Of a DNA stretch of 64,000 nucleotides, positions 17,516 through 27,141 are shown piece by piece. Under the pieces are notes generated by a model. That model was not told the origin of the DNA. It was given only the letters and a program-made list of their open reading frames with translations, and did not search any database. The position numbers and the translations under genes are program-made. The stretch comes from Ruminococcaceae bacterium UBA3751. GTDB taxonomy: Bacteria; Bacillota; Clostridia; Oscillospirales; Acutalibacteraceae. Location: positions 1,254-65,253 of the forward strand of contig DFGL01000060.1 of the NCBI GenBank assembly GCA_002371215.1, given 5' to 3'. Every line of letters begins with the position of its first letter. Position 1 is the first letter of the stretch.

Positions 17516-18974
17516 TCAGCTCACCTCCCGAAACCTTTTTAGACAGCGCCTCGTGACGCTCCTCAAGGTCATTTCTTATCATTTCAAGGCGCTTACCCGT
17601 AAGGGTGTAAAACGCATACGGAATAAGCGATAAAAGCCCGAGCGCCCACGGTACAAAGGTAAACAGCGCCCAGATATAAAGGTCGGTTTTATCGCCCTTC
17701 TGAGCAACCTGCATTCCCGCCTCATTGCTTACGAACGAAAGCCCGATTACAGGCAGCAGCGCCGTACCGATTGAGGTTGAAATTGAGCCTGTAAGCTTAC
17801 CGACAAAGGTGAGAACGGAAAAGGTTATACCCTCCGTTCTTTCGCCCGTTTTCCATTCCATATAATCCACAGTATCGCCAATCATTTCCGTAGGGATAAC
17901 CATATTTATTGTATTAAAGAAGCTGAATATGAAATTCTGTACCATAAGTATAACCGAAACGGCGACAACGCTTGTATTGTAAAACCTCAGCCCCGCTACA
18001 AAGGTTACGGTGCCGACAACAAAACGAACTACTATGTTGAGCATTACTATCTGTCTGTTGTCAAATCTCTTTTTCAGTTTTGGTATAAGAAGGTAAGTAA
18101 GGAAGCCGAAAACAGTTCCCGGCAGAGAAATCCAGAGCACGGCTGACGAGAGATTGAGCACCTCTGAATAATAATACGTCTGAAAAACGCCCGCAAGTCC
18201 CGTAAGCGCACCGATGACGTTACCTACGATGATTAACAGCAGGGGCTTATTTCTGAACATTACCTTAAAGCCCTCAAGAACCGAGGGTTCCTTAATTGAC
18301 TGAACAACGCGCTCTTTCGTTTTTCTTCCCGCAAGCGAGAAAACGAAAACAATCATAACCGCCGCAATAACGGCAAGAATCAGAAAATCCTTTGAAAGCG
18401 ACAGCCCCCACACTCCGTTATTAGTTAAATCCATCATTACGGGAAGGAAGGTAAGCGACAGCCCGCCTAAAAGACTTGAAATAAAGCGAGCCGTTGAAAT
18501 AGCCCTCGTTCTGTCGCTCGGAAGCGGAGAAATAGCCGTGCTCATTCCCCAGAAAGGTACGTCGCCGAGGGTGTAAATAAACTCCCAGAGAATATATGAT
18601 ATATACATATACGCAATTTTTACGCCCGTGCTTTTTGCATCGGCAAGTATTTCCGGCCCCGCAAAAAACAAAACGGTTGTAATTGCAAGCGGTATAGGCA
18701 CGAAAAGCAGATACGGTCTTAATTTACCGTAGCGCGTTCTAGTTTTATCAATTATGCTACCCATAAGCGGGTCGTTTACCGCGTCCCAAAGGCCTGTAAC
18801 AAGAATCATCGTTGCAACAGCCTGCTGCGGTATACCGAATACCTTTGTTAAAAACAGAGAAAGATAACCGCCCGCAAAAAGATTATAGCCGAAAACCTGA
18901 CCGGCATTAGCAAAGCCGTAAGCGAGGTTTTCTTTAACTCCGACATAGCGGAGCTCGTGCTTTTTTACGCTCAT
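17505..18974 (-). CDS. Glycoside-pentoside-hexuronide (GPH) family sugar:cation symporter
   Basis: The N-terminal region LAYGFANAGQ...LFLTKVFGIP...LWDAVNDPLMGSIIDKTRTRYGKLRPYLL is typical of MelB/YicJ-type GPH transporters. The protein has about 12 TM segments. Confidence 0.8.
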   Translation of the reverse strand: MSVKKHELRYVGVKENLAYGFANAGQVFGYNLFAGGYLSLFLTKVFGIPQQAVATMILVTGLWDAVNDPLMGSIIDKTRTRYGKLRPYLLFVPIPLAITTVLFFAGPEILADAKSTGVKIAYMYISYILWEFIYTLGDVPFWGMSTAISPLPSDRTRAISTARFISSLLGGLSLTFLPVMMDLTNNGVWGLSLSKDFLILAVIAAVMIVFVFSLAGRKTKERVVQSIKEPSVLEGFKVMFRNKPLLLIIVGNVIGALTGLAGVFQTYYYSEVLNLSSAVLWISLPGTVFGFLTYLLIPKLKKRFDNRQIVMLNIVVRFVVGTVTFVAGLRFYNTSVVAVSVILMVQNFIFSFFNTINMVIPTEMIGDTVDYMEWKTGERTEGITFSVLTFVGKLTGSISTSIGTALLPVIGLSFVSNEAGMQVAQKGDKTDLYIWALFTFVPWALGLLSLIPYAFYTLTGKRLEMIRNDLEERHEALSKKVSGGELSEQ

Positions 18975-18983
18975 TATTCCCCC

Positions 18984-19109
18984 CTACTTCTTTTTGATTT
19001 TTTTGAAATAAACTACCAGTCCTGCGACTAAGCCGATAATAAACGCCGCCGTTATTATTCCCGCCGCAGCTCCGGCTGAAACCTCAGCCGACAGAAGATA
19101 AAAGTTCAT
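18984..19109 (-). CDS. Small single-pass membrane protein (41 aa), not listed in the ORF track
   Basis: The ORF encodes MNFYLLSAEVSAGAAAGIITAAFIIGLVAGLVVYFKKIKKK. AAGAGGA lies 6 nt upstream of the ATG. The stop lies 9 nt before the GPH transporter start. Confidence 0.4.
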   Translation of the reverse strand: MNFYLLSAEVSAGAAAGIITAAFIIGLVAGLVVYFKKIKKK

Positions 19110-19220
19110 ATTTTTCCTCTTTTCTTAAAATGTAAAATAATTATATCATATAAGCTACACAAAAATCATTACAGGGTTGTAATAATTTTTTCCAATTTTG
19201 TAAATTTTGTTTAAATACTA

Positions 19221-19249
19221 TTGCATTATTGTAATTTTTATATTACTAT
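19221..19249 (+). promoter_or_regulatory. Sigma-A-type promoter positioned for a leaderless GH25 transcript
   Basis: TTGCAT (19221-19226) is followed by 17 nt and then TACTAT (19244-19249). The A of the ATG at 19256 is the 7th nt after the -10 box. No SD is present, and there is no alternative in-frame ATG, GTG or TTG before the TM helix. Confidence 0.45.
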
Positions 19250-19255
19250 ACTAAT

Positions 19256-20107
19256 ATGCCAACTAACACCAAAAAACGAAAAAAGACGACTTCCACCGCG
19301 AAAACAAAGACAAAAAAGGGTGGAAACAGCAAAAAAAAGAGAAAAAAGAATAAAAAATACGATAAAAAAACAATAATCATCCTAAGCGTTGCCGTTCTGA
19401 GCGTTATTGCGCTTTTTGTAATAATTTTTACAGTTAAAGGCAGCCACACGAGGAACAACCCCGTTAACCTTAAGGGCGACGTTGCATGGGGAATTGACGT
19501 TTCCTCACACAACGGAAAGATAGACTGGGAAAAGGTTTCAAAAAAAGCGGAATTTGCCTTTATCCGCGTAGGCTACAGCGGATGGGCAAAGGGCGAAAAT
19601 AACGCTGATAAAAAGGCTAAATACAACCTTTCCCAAGCCAATAAGTATAAGGTACCTGCAGGGGTTTACTACTATTCCCAGGCTACAAACGAAAAAGAGG
19701 CGAAAAAGGAAGCTGAATTCCTTCTTAACAGGATTAAGGGCTATGATATTTCACTCCCGGTCGTTATTGACTTTGAATATCCCACAAGGGGCAAAAAGCG
19801 CATAGGACGGCTCCATATGGCTCACCTTTCAAAAAAGGAAAAAACCGCCGTTATAAACGCCTTTTGCGACAGAGTTCGTAAAGAGGGCTACACTCCCGGG
19901 GTTTACGCTTCAACCTCCGTTTATGAATCTGAGCTTAACGTAAAGGATTTCCCAAAGGACGTTTTTATCTGGGTTGCGGATTATAACAGGAAAAACACAT
20001 ACTCGGGATACTACGATATTTGGCAGTACAGCGACAGCGGAACCTGCAAGGGAATCAAAAGCAGCGACGTTGATTTAAACTATTTTTATATAAAGAACAG
20101 GCTATGA
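19256..20107 (+). CDS. GH25 muramidase (lysozyme) with a poly-lysine N-terminal tail and a signal-anchor TM helix
   Basis: GH25 motifs are present: GIDVSSHNGKIDWEKV, FAFIRVGY, VVIDFEY and IWQYSDSG...DLNYF. The N-terminus MPTNTKKRKKTTSTAKTKTKKGGNSKKKRKKNKKYDKK is followed by a TM segment. Confidence 0.85.
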   Translation: MPTNTKKRKKTTSTAKTKTKKGGNSKKKRKKNKKYDKKTIIILSVAVLSVIALFVIIFTVKGSHTRNNPVNLKGDVAWGIDVSSHNGKIDWEKVSKKAEFAFIRVGYSGWAKGENNADKKAKYNLSQANKYKVPAGVYYYSQATNEKEAKKEAEFLLNRIKGYDISLPVVIDFEYPTRGKKRIGRLHMAHLSKKEKTAVINAFCDRVRKEGYTPGVYASTSVYESELNVKDFPKDVFIWVADYNRKNTYSGYYDIWQYSDSGTCKGIKSSDVDLNYFYIKNRL

Positions 20108-20115
20108 GGTGTAAT

Positions 20116-21927
20116 ATGAAAAAAGCTTCAAAATTTACAGCGCTGATACTTGCGGTAATTACGGCATTTTCAATGCCGTTTTCGGCTTACGCTTTTAAAG
20201 GCACCACCATTTTTAATTCCAAAACCTACACCCATCAGGACAGATTTTCGGGCATTCCGATTGTTCAGGGAATTGACGTTTCAAAGCACAACGGCAATAT
20301 TAACTGGGCAAAGGTTAAAGCGGCAGGCGTTAAATACGCTATTATCCGCGTTGGCTACAGAGGCTACGGAGACTCGGGAAAGCTCGTTTATGACAGTAAA
20401 TTCAACGAATACATAAACGCTGCCTATGCTCAGGGACTTGATATAGGAATTTATTTCTATTCTCAGGCTGTAAACACGAAGGAAGCAACCGAAGAGGCTA
20501 ATTATGCACTGAAAAAAATCAACTCCTACAAATCAAAAATCACTCTTCCCGTTTACTACGACTATGAATTCGCTGACGTTTCAACAGGCAGACTTGATAC
20601 AGCATGGAGAACGGGAAAGCTTAATAAAAACGGTATGACCGCCAACGCTAAGGCGTTTTGCTCAACGATTGAAAATGCGGGCTTTGACGCAGGTATTTAC
20701 GCAAGCAAATATTTTTACTACGACAATCTCAATTACGAGGACCTCCAGGATAAATACGATATATGGGTTGCAAACTATGCAACTAAAACCACCTATAAAG
20801 GCACCTTCAGAATATGGCAGTTTTCGTCAGAGGGCAAGGTTAACGGCATTACGGGAAACGTTGACGCAAATTTCCTTTACAAAACATATACCGTAGACAT
20901 TGAAAAGCAGGCGTACACCGGTAAGGAAATTAAACCATACATCCCCCTGAAAAGCGGAAGCACTGAGCTTATTAAGGGCGAGGATTATTACGTTACCTTT
21001 GCAAACAATATAAATTACGGCACAGCGAGCGTTACCGTAACGGGCGTTAATAAATACGCAGATATTCCAAAAAAGACCTACTATTTTGAGATTGTGCCTA
21101 CGGCAGTTACAGGAGTTACGCTTACTAAGCGAAGCGCCGGAAGCATTACTCTGAAATGGGACGAACACCCCGCTGCAGAGGGATACCAAATAAAATACTA
21201 TACTGCAAACGGCGGCTACGTTGCGGGCGAAACCACTGATACAAGCTACACCGTTACCGGACTTGCGGGCTCAAGCTGGTACTATTTTACTGTATCCGCT
21301 GTTAAAAGCGTAAGCGGCAAAAAGTACTACGGAATTGAAAGCGAAAAGCAAAGACTTATTACAAAGCCTGACAAGGTAACGGGAATCAGAACCGCCTCAA
21401 GAAAAAAGAACTCAGCTGTTATTAAGTGGAACGCACAACCGAACGCTTCGCACTACAAGGTGTTTAAATATAATCCAAACGCAAAAAAATACGAGCTTGT
21501 CGGAATAACAAACACCAACAGCATAAACGTTAAGCATATTGCTGCAAATTCAAAATTCAAAATTAAGGTACGGGGAGCCGTTATAACCGAAAGAGGTAAA
21601 GAAGTCTGGGGTGCAAACAGCAAGGCTTACAATGATTACTCCTCCCCTGCAACGCCAAAAATCAAATCCGCTAAAAAGGCGGCGGACAAAATGATTACGG
21701 CAAAGTGGAAGGGCGTAAGCAATATTAAAGGCTATCAGATTCAGTACGCGCAGAGCGCAACCTTTACCGTAAAAAAGAAAAAGGTAAATACAACTAATTC
21801 AAATTCGCTTATCTTCAAAGCGAAGGGCGGCGGCTCAAGCTACTATGTAAGAGTAAGGGCTTATACAAAGCACTACGGCAAAACCTATTACTCCGACTGG
21901 AGCAAAGCAATCCACGTTTATATGTAA
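20116..21927 (+). CDS. Secreted GH25 muramidase with a C-terminal Ig-like domain and three Fn3-like domains
   Basis: I placed the start at MKKASKF (GAGGTG 5 nt upstream). The signal peptide reads ..SAYA/FKG. GH25 motifs are present: GIDVSKHNGNINWAKV, YAIIRVGY, YYDYEF and IWQFSSEG. These are followed by AYTGKEIKP...(Ig-like) and three modules of the form W....GY.I.Y...YY..V.A. Confidence 0.85.
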   Translation: MKKASKFTALILAVITAFSMPFSAYAFKGTTIFNSKTYTHQDRFSGIPIVQGIDVSKHNGNINWAKVKAAGVKYAIIRVGYRGYGDSGKLVYDSKFNEYINAAYAQGLDIGIYFYSQAVNTKEATEEANYALKKINSYKSKITLPVYYDYEFADVSTGRLDTAWRTGKLNKNGMTANAKAFCSTIENAGFDAGIYASKYFYYDNLNYEDLQDKYDIWVANYATKTTYKGTFRIWQFSSEGKVNGITGNVDANFLYKTYTVDIEKQAYTGKEIKPYIPLKSGSTELIKGEDYYVTFANNINYGTASVTVTGVNKYADIPKKTYYFEIVPTAVTGVTLTKRSAGSITLKWDEHPAAEGYQIKYYTANGGYVAGETTDTSYTVTGLAGSSWYYFTVSAVKSVSGKKYYGIESEKQRLITKPDKVTGIRTASRKKNSAVIKWNAQPNASHYKVFKYNPNAKKYELVGITNTNSINVKHIAANSKFKIKVRGAVITERGKEVWGANSKAYNDYSSPATPKIKSAKKAADKMITAKWKGVSNIKGYQIQYAQSATFTVKKKKVNTTNSNSLIFKAKGGGSSYYVRVRAYTKHYGKTYYSDWSKAIHVYM

Positions 21928-21933
21928 TAAAAA

Positions 21934-21966
21934 GCGACTGATTTCTCAGTCGCCTTTTTGTTTTTG
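21934..21966. terminator. Bidirectional rho-independent terminator
   Basis: GCGACTGA-TTTC-TCAGTCGC is followed by CTTTTTGTTTTTG on the plus strand and by TTTTTATT on the minus strand. It lies between convergent gene ends. Confidence 0.8.
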
Positions 21967-21991
21967 TTTTACTTATTGTAACGAATAACTC

Positions 21992-22855
21992 TTAACTATT
22001 ATTCTTTAATTCCTCTTCCGCCTTGCCGCTCATTATGTACTGCAGCAAATCGGCAACGCAGCCCTGATTGCAATGGCAGGCTTCAAACTTACAGATTTTA
22101 TGGATTGCCTTTGGCGCCTGCCCCGCGCACGCGGGAAGTCCTACGGTTTTGAGCATATCCCAGTCGTTATAATAATCGCCGATTGCGGCAACGTGGCTTT
22201 TTTCAATGCCGAGCATATCCGCAAGCTTCATAATTCCAACGCCCTTATGGGTATCCTTCTGGAGCATTTCAAGCGAAAAGGCGGAGGAACTCATAAAGTT
22301 TGCCTCTGCGTCCTTTTCCTTATTCTCCTTACGGATAAGGCTCTGGAGCTTATTGATTGTAAACGGATTTGACCAGAAAATTACCTTCATCCAGCCATCC
22401 TTAGGCACATCGTCAAGGGATTTGACGTATTCGTGGGGCGCTTTGTCAAAGTACATAGTTGACATCGCGAGCAGCCCGCTTTTTACTATATAAACGTAGT
22501 CGTCAAAATAAACGCCTATATCAACGCTCTTGAAAATTTCATCGTATTCCTTAGCGATATAGCGAACAAATTCCTGACCCTTTTCTCCGATTGTACTGCG
22601 CCAGAGCATTTTCCGCTCTTTATAATCGTAAAGCCCTGCGCCGTTTAAAACAACAGCGGGCTGATTCGGGGTGATTCTGTTATAATTTCTTTCAAGGCTT
22701 GACTGAAGCCTTCCCGAAGCGAGGGTAAAATTGCCCCCGCGCTCCGTAAACTCCTTAATTGCGTAGTAATTACGCTTAGGGAGCTTTCTCAGCTTATTAT
22801 TCAACGTTCCGTCTATATCGGAAACTACAAGCCAGTTTTCAAAGGTCTTTTCCAT
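21992..22855 (-). CDS. Cof-type HAD-IIB family hydrolase or phosphatase
   Basis: The HAD motifs are present: DIDGTL (motif I), LASGR (motif II) and GDYYNDWDM (motif IV). Confidence 0.8.
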   Translation of the reverse strand: MEKTFENWLVVSDIDGTLNNKLRKLPKRNYYAIKEFTERGGNFTLASGRLQSSLERNYNRITPNQPAVVLNGAGLYDYKERKMLWRSTIGEKGQEFVRYIAKEYDEIFKSVDIGVYFDDYVYIVKSGLLAMSTMYFDKAPHEYVKSLDDVPKDGWMKVIFWSNPFTINKLQSLIRKENKEKDAEANFMSSSAFSLEMLQKDTHKGVGIMKLADMLGIEKSHVAAIGDYYNDWDMLKTVGLPACAGQAPKAIHKICKFEACHCNQGCVADLLQYIMSGKAEEELKNNS

Positions 22856-22856
22856 T

Positions 22857-23777
22857 TCAGACCTCCCTTAGTTTATTGAGAAACGAAGTGAAATACGGCG
22901 GCAGCTCGCTTTCAAACTCCATATATTTTCCGCTTCTCGGGTGGACAAAGCCTATCTGCTTTGCGTGGAGGCACTGTCCGTTAAGTCCCTTTATAACCTT
23001 TTTGGGACCGTAAACCTCATCGCCCGCAACGGGGTGGCCGATATACGCCATATGAACTCTTATCTGGTGAGTTCTGCCCGTTTCAAGCTCGCAGCGGATA
23101 TGTGTAAAACCGTCATAGCGCTTAATGACCTTGTAATGAGTTGTAGCCGCCTTGGAATTCTTCAGCGTTACAGCCATTTTCTTTCTGTCCTTAACGCTTC
23201 TGCCTATCGGCTCATTGACCGTACCGCTCTCCTCTTTTACGTTGCCGTAAACTACAGACTCGTAGGCGCGGGTGAACGAATGGTCCTTAATCTGAGAGGC
23301 AAGTCCCAAATGCGCTAAATCGTTTTTTGCAACGATGAGAAGCCCCGAGGTGTTTTTATCAATACGGTGAACTATCCCTGGGCGGATTACCCCGTTTATA
23401 CCCGAAAGACTGCCTTTGCAGTGGTACATTAGCGCGTTTACGAGCGTACCCTCGTAGTTTCCGCTCGCAGGGTGAACTACCATTCCCTTTGGCTTGTTTA
23501 CAACAAGCAGGTCGCTGTCCTCATAGACAATATCAAGCGGGATATTTTCAGGCAACACCTCAAGCGGCTTTGCATCGGGAACAGTAACGGTGATTTTGTC
23601 GCCGCCCCTCAGCTTATAGTTTTTGCTCAGCGCAAGTCCGTTTACCTCAGCCCCGCCGCCGTCAATTATCTTTTGAACGGCAGAGCGGGTAAAGCCCTCA
23701 AGCGCTTCAACAAGGTATTTATCAAGCCTTACGCCCGAATTCTCTTCGCTTACGGTGAAAGAATAGTTTTCAGGCAT
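22857..23777 (-). CDS. rluD: RluA-family 23S rRNA pseudouridine synthase (RluD-like) with an S4 domain
   Basis: The protein has an N-terminal S4-like region (RLDKYL), the catalytic HRIDKNTSGLL motif and the C-terminal GRTHQIRVH motif. Confidence 0.9.
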   Translation of the reverse strand: MPENYSFTVSEENSGVRLDKYLVEALEGFTRSAVQKIIDGGGAEVNGLALSKNYKLRGGDKITVTVPDAKPLEVLPENIPLDIVYEDSDLLVVNKPKGMVVHPASGNYEGTLVNALMYHCKGSLSGINGVIRPGIVHRIDKNTSGLLIVAKNDLAHLGLASQIKDHSFTRAYESVVYGNVKEESGTVNEPIGRSVKDRKKMAVTLKNSKAATTHYKVIKRYDGFTHIRCELETGRTHQIRVHMAYIGHPVAGDEVYGPKKVIKGLNGQCLHAKQIGFVHPRSGKYMEFESELPPYFTSFLNKLREV

Positions 23778-24264
23778 CGCTTTTCTCCTTGTTTTTAATT
23801 AAATCCGTTACAAGATACAAAACGAGAGAGCAGGCTCCGAGAGTAACCGCGCTGTCCGCAATATTAAAAACGGCAAAATTCACAAATACGGGCTCAATAA
23901 AATCAACAACGTACGAAAAACGAACTCTGTCAATAAGGTTGCCTATGCCGCCCGAAATAATTACGCCTATGCTCCAATACGCCCAGAGATGAGGACATTT
24001 ATCTGAAAAAAGATACCGGAGTCCCGCGGCGCAAACCGCAACGGTAAGGATAATAAAAATCCACCTTGCTCCGCTTAAAAGCGAAAAAGCCATACCTGTA
24101 TTTTCGGCATAGCGGAACTGAACAACCTTCGGTATAAAGGTAAACGCTTCGGCGCCCTTTAAATACCTTACGGCTAAATATTTAGTCAGCTGGTCAAACG
24201 CAACAATCATTAAAATCATAACGCTGCACCAGAGATGCTTTTTAAGGTGTTCGTTTTTTTTCAT
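23770..24264 (-). CDS. lspA: Lipoprotein signal peptidase II
   Basis: The protein contains NTGMAFSLL, GGIGNLIDR, VVDF and FNIADS motifs and four TM segments. It overlaps the rluD start by 8 nt. Confidence 0.9.
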   Translation of the reverse strand: MKKNEHLKKHLWCSVMILMIVAFDQLTKYLAVRYLKGAEAFTFIPKVVQFRYAENTGMAFSLLSGARWIFIILTVAVCAAGLRYLFSDKCPHLWAYWSIGVIISGGIGNLIDRVRFSYVVDFIEPVFVNFAVFNIADSAVTLGACSLVLYLVTDLIKNKEKSDA

Positions 24265-24317
24265 AACGGTATATTCTCAATTCAGGGAGGGCACGCAGAC
24301 CCTCCCTTTCTTGTTGT

Positions 24318-27113
24318 TTATAAATTGAGAGCTTTCATCGTCTCGGCACATTCAGCGCAGAGAGTCGGATGCTCGGCGCAGGAGCCTACTGTTGTTGAGA
24401 ACTTCCAGCAGCGCTCACACTTTTCGCCGTCAGCCCTTGCAACGGTAATGCTCAGACCTTCAACGTCGCCCTTCACAGCGCCTTCACCTTCTGCAAGCTC
24501 AACTGCGGAGGTGATAAAGATTTCGGGTAGAGCGTCCTTAACGCCCTCAAGGAATTCCTTAAGCTCGCCGTCAGCGTAAAGGGTGACCTTTGCTTCAAGC
24601 GGCTTACCGATAACCTTTTCATTACGCGCAAGCTCAAGCGCCTTCTGAACGTCGGTTCTGATTTCGTGGATTTTATCCCACTTTGCGATAAACGCACCGT
24701 CAGCATCAATATAGTCAGCCTCGGGAATATCGTTAAAGAGAGGTCCTTCGGGATTTCTTGAGCTATCGTGCTTCATAGCGAGCCAGATTTCATCGCAGGT
24801 GTAAGCGAGAATCGGGGTAAGCACAAGGGTAAGCGCGTCGAGCACCTTATAGAGTACCGTCTGCGCAGCGCGTCTTGACTTTGAGTCGGGCGCAGTTGTA
24901 TAGAGTCTGTTTTTGAGAACGTCAAAATAGAAGTTACTCATATCAACAACGCAGAAATTATGGAGCGCGTGAGCAGTTGTGTGGTACTCATAATTATCAT
25001 AGCCCGCTCTTGCTTCCTTAAGCACCTCGTCAAGCTTCATAAGAGCGTACTTATCAAGTTCTTCGAGCTCCTCGTTGGGTACGGTATCCTTATCGGGGTC
25101 AAAATCGTAAAGGTTGCCGAGGCAGTACCTTGCGGTATTTCTGATTTTTCTGTAGTTATCGGAAATCTGCTTGATAATCTCGTCCGAAATACGGATATCA
25201 GCGTGGTAATCCGCTGAAGCAACCCAGAGGCGGAGAATATCAGCGCCGAATTTATTCATTATTTCCTGCGGGTCAATACCGTTGCCGAGGGATTTACTCA
25301 TTTTTCTGCCCTCGCCGTCAACTGTCCAGCCGTGGGTAATAATCTCTCTGTACGGAGCGCCCTTACCCGCTGCAACAGAGGTGAGAAGCGAGGACTGGAA
25401 CCAGCCTCTGTACTGGTCAGCGCCCTCAAGATAAACGTCTGCAGGCCACTTGAGATAAGGTCTGTTCTTGCAAACTGCAAAATGCGAGGAGCCTGAATCA
25501 AACCAAACGTCCATAATATCCTTTTCCTTTTCAAAGCCCTCAGCCTTGCCGCAATGCGGACAGGTGAAGCCCTCGGGAAGGAAGTATTCGGCGTCGTGGG
25601 CAAACCACGCGTCGCTGCCCTCTTTTCCGAAAATATCGGAAACCTTATTCATAACGTCTGCGTCAATAATCTCTTTACCGCAGTCCTTACAATAAATAAC
25701 GGGAATAGGAACGCCCCATTTTCTCTGGCGGGAAATACACCAGTCCGCGCGCTCCTGAACCATTGACTGAAGTCTGTCCTTACCCCACTCGGGGAACCAC
25801 TTAACCTCCTCGGCTGCTTTAACGGCGTCCTCCTTAAAGGCGTCAACAGAGCAGAACCACTGAGAGGTTGCGCGGAAGATAACGGGCTTATGGCAGCGCC
25901 AGCAGTGAGGATACTGGTGCTTAATCTTTTTAAGCGCAAAGAGAGCGCCGATTTTTTCAAGATGCTCGGCTATAGGCTTGTTTGCATCCTCGGTTGAAAG
26001 ACCTGCGAACTGACCAGCCTCCTCAGTGAGAATACCCTTATCGTCAACTGGTACAACCATCGGGATTTCAGGGTAATTTTTACAAACGATAAAGTCGTCA
26101 ACACCGTGGCCGGGAGCTGTATGAACGCAGCCCGTACCGCTTTCAAGAGTAACGTGGTCGCCTACTATAACGAGAGACGTTCTGTCAAGGAACGGATGAG
26201 CGGTTTTGATATATTCAAGCTCTGAGCCGCGGATAATACCTACGGTTTCGTAATCCTCAATTCCCGCGTCAGCAAACGCAACGGGGCCGAGGTCCGTTGC
26301 CATAACATAATACTCACCGTTAGCCTTGAAAAGAGAATACTCATAGTTCGGGCCAACGCAGATTGCAAGGTTAGCGGGAAGAGTCCATGTTGTAGTTGTC
26401 CAGATTACGAAATAGGTTTTATCAAGCTCTGCGCCGAGTGCTTCAAGCTTGCCCATATCGTCCGTAACCTTAAACTTAACGTAGATTGAGTGGCAGGGGT
26501 CCTCGCCGTATTCAATCTCCGCTTCTGCGAGCGCCGTATTACAGTCGGCACACCAGTAAACGGGCTTTAAGCCTTTATAGATATAGCCCTTATTCGCCAT
26601 TGAAGCAAAAACCTTAATCTGCTCCTGCTCAAACTCCTTCTGAAGCGTGATATACGGCTTATCCCACTCACCGATAACGCCCATACGCTTAAAGCTTTCG
26701 CGCTGAATATCAACGTAGGAAAGCGCTGTATCGCGGCAGATTTTACGCAACTCTAAATCAGTAATATTGCTCGTTGCGGTAATGCCTGCCTTTTTTCTTG
26801 CGGCAAGCTCTGTCGGCAGACCGTGGGTATCCCAGCCGGGAACATAGGGTGACTGGAAGCCCGTCATATTCTTATATCTTACAATGAAATCCTTAAGAGT
26901 TTTATTGAGCGCATGGCCGATATGAATATCGCCGTTAGCATACGGAGGGCCGTCGTGAAGAACGAATTTCGGCTTTTCCGCATTGTATTTCATAAGCTGC
27001 TCGTACTGTTTTTTCTCCTCCCAGCGAGCGAGGAATTCAGGCTCTCTCTGAGGGAGAGACGCTCTCATCGGAAAATCGGTTTTAGGTAAATTTAACGTCT
27101 TATTATAGTCCAT
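24318..27113 (-). CDS. ileS: Isoleucine--tRNA ligase
   Basis: The protein has a HIGH motif ([15 protein letters not shown]), a KMSKS motif, a CP1 editing insertion and a C-terminal zinc cluster (CERCW...CAECA). Confidence 0.97.
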   Translation of the reverse strand: MDYNKTLNLPKTDFPMRASLPQREPEFLARWEEKKQYEQLMKYNAEKPKFVLHDGPPYANGDIHIGHALNKTLKDFIVRYKNMTGFQSPYVPGWDTHGLPTELAARKKAGITATSNITDLELRKICRDTALSYVDIQRESFKRMGVIGEWDKPYITLQKEFEQEQIKVFASMANKGYIYKGLKPVYWCADCNTALAEAEIEYGEDPCHSIYVKFKVTDDMGKLEALGAELDKTYFVIWTTTTWTLPANLAICVGPNYEYSLFKANGEYYVMATDLGPVAFADAGIEDYETVGIIRGSELEYIKTAHPFLDRTSLVIVGDHVTLESGTGCVHTAPGHGVDDFIVCKNYPEIPMVVPVDDKGILTEEAGQFAGLSTEDANKPIAEHLEKIGALFALKKIKHQYPHCWRCHKPVIFRATSQWFCSVDAFKEDAVKAAEEVKWFPEWGKDRLQSMVQERADWCISRQRKWGVPIPVIYCKDCGKEIIDADVMNKVSDIFGKEGSDAWFAHDAEYFLPEGFTCPHCGKAEGFEKEKDIMDVWFDSGSSHFAVCKNRPYLKWPADVYLEGADQYRGWFQSSLLTSVAAGKGAPYREIITHGWTVDGEGRKMSKSLGNGIDPQEIMNKFGADILRLWVASADYHADIRISDEIIKQISDNYRKIRNTARYCLGNLYDFDPDKDTVPNEELEELDKYALMKLDEVLKEARAGYDNYEYHTTAHALHNFCVVDMSNFYFDVLKNRLYTTAPDSKSRRAAQTVLYKVLDALTLVLTPILAYTCDEIWLAMKHDSSRNPEGPLFNDIPEADYIDADGAFIAKWDKIHEIRTDVQKALELARNEKVIGKPLEAKVTLYADGELKEFLEGVKDALPEIFITSAVELAEGEGAVKGDVEGLSITVARADGEKCERCWKFSTTVGSCAEHPTLCAECAETMKALNL

Positions 27114-27141
27114 TTAAGTTAACTCCTGACAATTTATGTAA

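Noticed and set aside
19246-19512. An 88-aa minus-strand ORF rich in Phe and Leu.
   Set aside because: It is the reverse-complement reading of the A-rich poly-lysine coding region of the GH25 gene. It is a compositional artefact.
19256-21927. The GH25 pair considered as a prophage endolysin or lysis cassette.
   Set aside because: No holin, terminase, capsid, integrase or other phage genes flank them. Both proteins carry export signals (a signal anchor and a signal peptide), which is typical of host autolysins.
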